Notes under the pieces: generated by a model
What the model was told of the DNA's origin: nothing
The model's input: the letters and a program-made list of their open reading frames with translations, nothing else
Database searches by the model: none
NCBI GenBank assembly: GCA_040756235.1
Contig: JBFLZG010000069.1
Location: 1 to 21,259 of the forward strand
Length of the DNA stretch: 21,259 nt
Direction: 5' to 3'
Origin: a bacterium
Lineage (GTDB): Bacteria > Desulfobacterota > DSWW01
Shown: piece by piece, positions 16,488-21,259 of the stretch
Layout of the letters: each line of letters starts with the position of its first letter
Numbering within the stretch: position 1 is the stretch's first letter
Translations under genes and position numbers: made by a program

Positions 16488-17933
16488 GTGCCGTTCGCAT
16501 TCCACGTGCCGATGCGCCTGCGATGGAAGTTCCTGATCGGGATTCTGGACCTCGTCCTTCTGTTCGGGAGCATCCACATCTTTTTCGTGAAGATCTACCT
16601 GGGCAGGAGCCTGGAAGAAGAGCTCCGCTTCCGGCTGAAGACCCTTGCCTCCAGCCTGGCCGCGGCGGCCGTTCCGCTGGTGCTCCTGGACGAGAAGGTG
16701 GAGCTGCACAAGCTCATGATGAAGTCGCGCGCCGAAGAGCACCGGATCCGTTACATCCTCGTCCTCGACCGGGCCGGTTCTCCGGTCTCCCACCTGCTGG
16801 ACCGCGACGGGGTTCCGGCGGACCTGCTTGCGGCCAATTCCCTCGACCCGAACCTGGGGGAACGCTACGCGCGCATCGAGGACGCCAGGCACCTGCACAA
16901 GACGTTCCTGGACATCGCCTACCCGCTCGGGGAGATGGGAAGGTACGGCACGCTCCGGGTGGGCATGGACGAAGGCGGCATCCGCTACACGCTGAACCGG
17001 ATGACCATGGCGTTCCTGTTCATGATCCTGCTGTTCGTGATCCTGGCGGGCCTCGGCGCCGTCGCCGTGGCGCGCTGGATCAACCGGCCGATCCAGCAGA
17101 TCCAGTCCGCCCTCCATGCTTTCGAGCTGTCCTCGCCCTTGCCGCATCTGGAGGTTCGGACCGGGGACGAGCTGGAGGAATTCGCCGGCAGCGTGCAGGC
17201 GATGATGTGCAGGCTCAAGAACACGCACGAGCAGATGGACCTCCTGAGGACGAAGATGTTCCGCGCCGAGAGGGTCGCGGTCCTCGGGACCCTGGCCGCA
17301 GGCATCGCCCACGAGATACGCAATCCGCTGGCCGGCATGATGAACTGCCTCAAGCGGCTGTCCAAGGATCCCGGCGAGCCCAAGGTGCGCAGCTATCTTC
17401 CCCTGATGGAGAGCGCGGCGCGGCACATCGATGAGACGGTCTCGCGCTTCATGCACTTCGCCCGCGCCCCGGCCAAGCGGGGGGAGGATTTCTGCGTCAA
17501 CCGCGCGGTCGAGACCGCGCTCTCTCTGATCCGCCACCGGCTCGAGGGCAAGGCGATACGCGTCGACTTCGAGCCCGGCGCCGATCTTCCCTTGCTGGAA
17601 GGCGACAAGACGCTGCTCGAGCAGATCCTGCTGAACCTCCTCATCAACGCCATGGACGCGATTCAGAACTCCGGCACCATCTCCATTCGCACCCGGCTCG
17701 AGGACGGACATGTCGTGGTGGAGGTGCGGGACACCGGCATCGGGATCGCGCAAGAAGACCTGAAGCATATCTTCGATCCGTTTTTCACGAAGCAGAAGGA
17801 AGAGGGAACAGGGCTCGGCCTGGCCATCAGCCACGAGATCATCCAGCAGTTCCAGGGCTCCATCCGGGTGGAGAGCGAGCCCGGAGCCGGCACCCTGTTC
17901 CGGGTCGAGATCCCTGCCAAGAGCGGATGTTGA
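16488..17933 (+). CDS. Sensor histidine kinase (2 TM, HAMP, HisKA, HATPase)
   Basis: AHEIRNPL H-box, QILLNLLINAMDA N-box, DTGIGI, IFDPFFT, GTGLGL; HAMP (PIQQI..GDELEE); start GTG 16488 or ATG 16512. Confidence 0.95.
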   Translation: MPFAFHVPMRLRWKFLIGILDLVLLFGSIHIFFVKIYLGRSLEEELRFRLKTLASSLAAAAVPLVLLDEKVELHKLMMKSRAEEHRIRYILVLDRAGSPVSHLLDRDGVPADLLAANSLDPNLGERYARIEDARHLHKTFLDIAYPLGEMGRYGTLRVGMDEGGIRYTLNRMTMAFLFMILLFVILAGLGAVAVARWINRPIQQIQSALHAFELSSPLPHLEVRTGDELEEFAGSVQAMMCRLKNTHEQMDLLRTKMFRAERVAVLGTLAAGIAHEIRNPLAGMMNCLKRLSKDPGEPKVRSYLPLMESAARHIDETVSRFMHFARAPAKRGEDFCVNRAVETALSLIRHRLEGKAIRVDFEPGADLPLLEGDKTLLEQILLNLLINAMDAIQNSGTISIRTRLEDGHVVVEVRDTGIGIAQEDLKHIFDPFFTKQKEEGTGLGLAISHEIIQQFQGSIRVESEPGAGTLFRVEIPAKSGC

Positions 17934-17953
17934 AAGAGAGAAGGGGGTGCCCC

Positions 17954-19312
17954 ATGCGCGTGCTGATCATCGAGGACGAGGCGATCCTGCGCGTCAGTCT
18001 CCAGGACGAGCTGCGGGAGCACGGTTACGAGGTGGATGCGTTCGAAGACCCGGTCGCGGCGATGGAGTCGTTCCGGAGCTCGCCGGCGCCGATCGTGATC
18101 TCCGACCTCAGGCTTCCCCGCATGAGCGGCATGGCGCTCCTTTCCAGGATCAAGAGCCTGCAACCCGAAACGATCGTCATCCTGATGACGGCCTACGGGG
18201 AGGTCTCGACCGCCGTGGAAGCGATGAAGAAAGGCGCGTACGACTACCTCACCAAGCCGTTCGACCTGGATGAGCTGGTCCTGCTGCTCGAGCGGGCGTG
18301 CGACGTGAGCAGGCTGCGCGAGGAAAACGAGAGACTGCGCCAGCAGACCGGCGAGCCGTGCCTGATCGGCGACTCCGAGCCGATGTCCCTGCTGCGCAAC
18401 GCCATCGAGACGGCCGCCAGGAGCGACCTCACGGTGCTGCTCACCGGCGAGACCGGTACCGGCAAGGACCTGAGCGCGCAGCTCGTGCACCGCCACCCGG
18501 CCAGCAGGCGCGCAAAGCATGCGTTCGTCAAGATCTCCTGCGCCCAGTACAGTCAGACGGTCCTGGAGAGCGAGCTGTTCGGCCACGAGCAGGGTGCGTT
18601 CACCGGCGCCACGCGCAAGAAAAAGGGCAAGTTCCTCCTGGCCCACCAGGGCACGGTGTACCTGGACGACGTGGACGACCTCTCTCCGGAGATCCAGGTC
18701 AAGCTCCTGCGGGTGCTCGACGAGAAGGTGGTCGAGCCGGTGGGCTCGCTGCAGCAGATCCCGGTGGACATCCGCATCATCGCCTCGACCAAGAAGGACC
18801 TGTCGCTGCTGATCCGGGAGCGCCGCTTCCGGGACGACCTCCTCTATCGGCTGAACGCCTATCCGGTCCGGATTCCGAGCCTGAGGGAGCACAAGGAGGA
18901 CATCGCCCTGCTCCTCCGAAACTTCTGGGACCGCGCGGGCCATCCGGACCGGACCCTGACCGAAGGCGCCCTGCGGGCGCTCGAGGGCCACCGCTGGCCC
19001 GGCAACGTGCGCGAGCTCCGCAACCTGGCGGGGAGGCTGGCCCTGTCGTGCCGCTCGGCGCTGGTCACGAAGCAGGACATTCCCGCGGAGATCGCCGGGG
19101 CCGCGGAAGACAGGGAACCGCAGGCGCGGACCTTCGACGAGATCATTGCCGCCACCGAGCGGGATCTCCTTTCCGTGGCGTTGCAGGAAGCGAGCGGAAA
19201 CCAGAGCCAGGCGGCGCGTATCCTCGGCATGAAGCTGTCCACCTTCCGGGACCGCCTGACCCGGCATGCCATCCACATCCAAGACCGTAACGGTGAAACA
19301 GGACCGACATGA
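17954..19312 (+). CDS. Sigma54-dependent response regulator (NtrC family)
   Basis: REC (IIEDE, SDLRLP, YLTKPF), Walker A GETGTGKD, ESELFGH..GAFTGA, WPGNVREL, Fis HTH (GNQSQAARILG); AAGGGGG RBS before ATG 17954. Confidence 0.96.
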   Translation: MRVLIIEDEAILRVSLQDELREHGYEVDAFEDPVAAMESFRSSPAPIVISDLRLPRMSGMALLSRIKSLQPETIVILMTAYGEVSTAVEAMKKGAYDYLTKPFDLDELVLLLERACDVSRLREENERLRQQTGEPCLIGDSEPMSLLRNAIETAARSDLTVLLTGETGTGKDLSAQLVHRHPASRRAKHAFVKISCAQYSQTVLESELFGHEQGAFTGATRKKKGKFLLAHQGTVYLDDVDDLSPEIQVKLLRVLDEKVVEPVGSLQQIPVDIRIIASTKKDLSLLIRERRFRDDLLYRLNAYPVRIPSLREHKEDIALLLRNFWDRAGHPDRTLTEGALRALEGHRWPGNVRELRNLAGRLALSCRSALVTKQDIPAEIAGAAEDREPQARTFDEIIAATERDLLSVALQEASGNQSQAARILGMKLSTFRDRLTRHAIHIQDRNGETGPT

Positions 19313-20730
19313 ATACACTCGCCCGTCTGTACGAAAAGCTCTCCAGCATCCGCCTGACCATCTTCCTCTGCATCGTGCTGGCGCTCGTGTGCCTGCTGGG
19401 CACCCTGGTGCCGCAGAACCAGACGCCCGCCGATTACCAGAGAGCCTACGGGGCCGGCGGGGCCGAGCTCCTCCGGCTCGCCGGAATCACCGACCTCTAC
19501 CACTCGGCCGGCTTCAGCCTGCTCCTCGGCCTGCTGGCCGCAAATCTCCTGGCCTGCACCTCGAAGCGCCTTCCGCCCACCTGGCGGGCGTTTCGGTCAG
19601 GGCATCCGGCCCGGGAATCCGCGCAGCTGAAAGGATGGAAGCACCGAGAGACGTTCGTCCTCCGCTCGAACCCGCCCGAGGCGGAGCGCGGCGCGCTGGA
19701 GGAAGCCCTGTGCCGGGCGCTGGGCAAGGGCGTCCGGCAGAGGCAGCTCGAAGGTGACGGGAAGCTTTTCGTCCTGGAGAAGCGTCGCTACGCGCGGCTG
19801 GGGCCGTGGCTGGCCCACGCGGGCATCCTGGCCATCCTGGTCGGGGGCTTCTTGGGCGCGCGCTTCGGCTTCCGCGGCAGCCTGGTGGTTCCGGAGGGAG
19901 GCGAAGGCTCGCAGGTCTGGGTGCGGGAGGGAGAGAGCATCCCCCTGGGCTTCCGCATCCGGTGCGATCGATTCAACGTCGAGAGCTACCCGAACGGAAC
20001 GCCCAGGGAGTACCGGAGCGACGTCACCGTCCTCGACGACCCCTCCGGCAAGGCCGTCAGCAAGGCCTCGATCCGCGTGAACCACCCGTTCACCTACCGC
20101 GGCATCACCTTCTATCAGTCCTCCTTCGGCACCATTCCGAAGATGACCTTCCGGGTCGAAAACCGCCGCACCGGCGAGGCCGCGGTGGTCGAGGCGGACC
20201 TGGAAAAGCCGTTCCAGCTTCCCGGCGACCCGAGCTACCGCGCCGTGGCCGTCTCCTTCCAGGAGGAGCTCGTCGTGCCGGCCAGGATGGCGCAGGCGGC
20301 TTCGCTGCCGGGTACGCAACTGGGCCCGGCCGCCCGTCTGGTGCTATTCGGCGAGCAGGGCTCGGAAGGAGAGTTCTGGGTTCTCAAGGACTTCCCGGAG
20401 CTCAACCACCAGGCGAACGGCCTCTTTCACGTCACCATGACGAAGTACAGCTCAACCCCTTACACCGGGCTGCAGGTCGCCCGCGATCCGGGGACCCCCC
20501 TGGTGTGGGCAGGCTGCATCGTGCTGGTCATCGGTTTCGTCCTCTCTTTGCTGCTGGACCACGAGGTCTTCCTGGTGGCGAGCGAGCGCAGGGGAGACGG
20601 CCGGCTGGTGGTCCGGGCGGCCGGCAAGGCGGTGCGCCACCCGGGCGCCTACCAGGAACGATTCGAAAAGCGCAGGGACAAGATCCGGGCAGCCCTCGCG
20701 CCGTGGTTGGAGGGCAAGACCCATGACTGA
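19309..20730 (+). CDS. resB: Cytochrome c biogenesis protein ResB/CcsB (System II)
   Basis: LSSIRL.I, GTLVPQ, D.YHS..F, NL.AC..KR, conserved His (LAHAG), Y.SDV, I.VNHP..Y.GITFYQSS, TGLQV.RDPG. Confidence 0.93.
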   Translation: MNTLARLYEKLSSIRLTIFLCIVLALVCLLGTLVPQNQTPADYQRAYGAGGAELLRLAGITDLYHSAGFSLLLGLLAANLLACTSKRLPPTWRAFRSGHPARESAQLKGWKHRETFVLRSNPPEAERGALEEALCRALGKGVRQRQLEGDGKLFVLEKRRYARLGPWLAHAGILAILVGGFLGARFGFRGSLVVPEGGEGSQVWVREGESIPLGFRIRCDRFNVESYPNGTPREYRSDVTVLDDPSGKAVSKASIRVNHPFTYRGITFYQSSFGTIPKMTFRVENRRTGEAAVVEADLEKPFQLPGDPSYRAVAVSFQEELVVPARMAQAASLPGTQLGPAARLVLFGEQGSEGEFWVLKDFPELNHQANGLFHVTMTKYSSTPYTGLQVARDPGTPLVWAGCIVLVIGFVLSLLLDHEVFLVASERRGDGRLVVRAAGKAVRHPGAYQERFEKRRDKIRAALAPWLEGKTHD

Positions 20731-21136
20731 ATCGACGCTGATCGGGATCGCGATCTATGTCTATCTGGCAAGCTGGATCGGCTACCTTCTGGACGCCGCT
20801 TTTCGCAGGAGGTGGAGCGCCGTGGGCGCAGACCTCCTGGTGGTCTGCGGGCTCTCGGTCCACGCCCTCGCCATCGGCCTGCGCTGGGCCGAGTCATACC
20901 GGCTCGGCATGGGCCACGCGCCGCTGTCCAACCTCTACGAGTCCATGGTGTTCTTCTCGTGGGCCCTCGGGGTGGTCTACCTGCTGGCCCTGCGGAAGCT
21001 CCGGGCCAGGATCCTGGGCGTCTTCGTCATGCCGCTGGTGTTCCTCGCGCTCGCTTCGACCTCGCTCATGCACAGGGGAATCGAGCCTCTCATGCCCGCG
21101 CTGCAGAGCAACTGGCTGACGGCACACGTCATCTGA
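20723..21136 (+). pseudogene. ccsA: Cytochrome c biogenesis protein CcsA/ResC, 5' fragment interrupted by an IS
   Basis: RW..S...GHAPLSNLYES, PL.PALQSNWL..HV are CcsA motifs; the ORF stops at 137 aa exactly where the IS end begins, before the WWD domain. Confidence 0.88.
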
Positions 21137-21259
21137 TCAGCGACAATCAAAATTCCCGTCTGGCGTCAATTAAAATTCCCGTTGTGAGAAAGCAAACATT
21201 AGACTATCCGAGCACTCCAGGGGAGAGGAGGCTCGGATGGTCACGGATGCTCAGGTGAG
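21134..21259 (+). mobile_element. Left end of an IS21-family insertion sequence
   Basis: Starts with TG; tandem 20-bp repeats GCGACAATCAAAATTCCCGT (21140-21159) and GCGTCAATTAAAATTCCCGT (21163-21182); abrupt GC drop; RBS+ATG follows. Confidence 0.8.
21237..21259 (+). CDS. istA: N-terminus of putative IS21 transposase (MVTDAQV...), runs off the window
   Basis: GAGGAG RBS at 21225-21230, ATG 21237; MVTD.QV is a start I recognise from IS21 IstA proteins; only 7 full codons visible. Confidence 0.6.

Noticed and set aside
21134..21136. TGA in ccsA as selenocysteine/readthrough
   Set aside because: The following sequence is AT-rich IS-end repeat, not CcsA-like, so insertion explains the stop
1..21259. 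CRISPR array, tRNA or rRNA
   Set aside because: No regularly spaced repeat-spacer units or recognisable structural RNA genes seen

Overview
High-GC bacterial DNA with an organisation typical of Deltaproteobacteria (Desulfobacterota-like; taxon is inference). Almost the whole window is one co-oriented (+ strand) multiheme-cytochrome locus that looks like a complete inner-membrane-to-cell-surface electron conduit. It encodes, in order: a cytochrome b and a 3-heme c partner; a 13-heme lipoprotein cytochrome with Ig-like domains and an OmcB-like C-terminus; a 10-heme repeat lipoprotein in which half the heme motifs are non-canonical (CX3CH/CX5CH); a diheme lipoprotein; a putative beta-barrel porin; a 7-heme OmaB-like cytochrome; an 8-heme cytochrome; an NHL beta-propeller; a 23-heme cytochrome; a 48-aa membrane peptide; and a NapC/NirT-type 6-heme cytochrome. 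My manual count is 67 CXXCH plus 5 non-canonical motifs. Downstream lie an AioXSR-like three-component regulator (PhnD-fold binding protein with the conserved Cys, HAMP histidine kinase, sigma54 activator) and System II maturation genes (resB/ccsB, ccsA). ccsA is cut by the left end of an IS21-family element at the window edge. A consensus sigma54 promoter, candidate enhancer sites and a long structured leader containing a MITE-like element precede the largest surface cytochrome.
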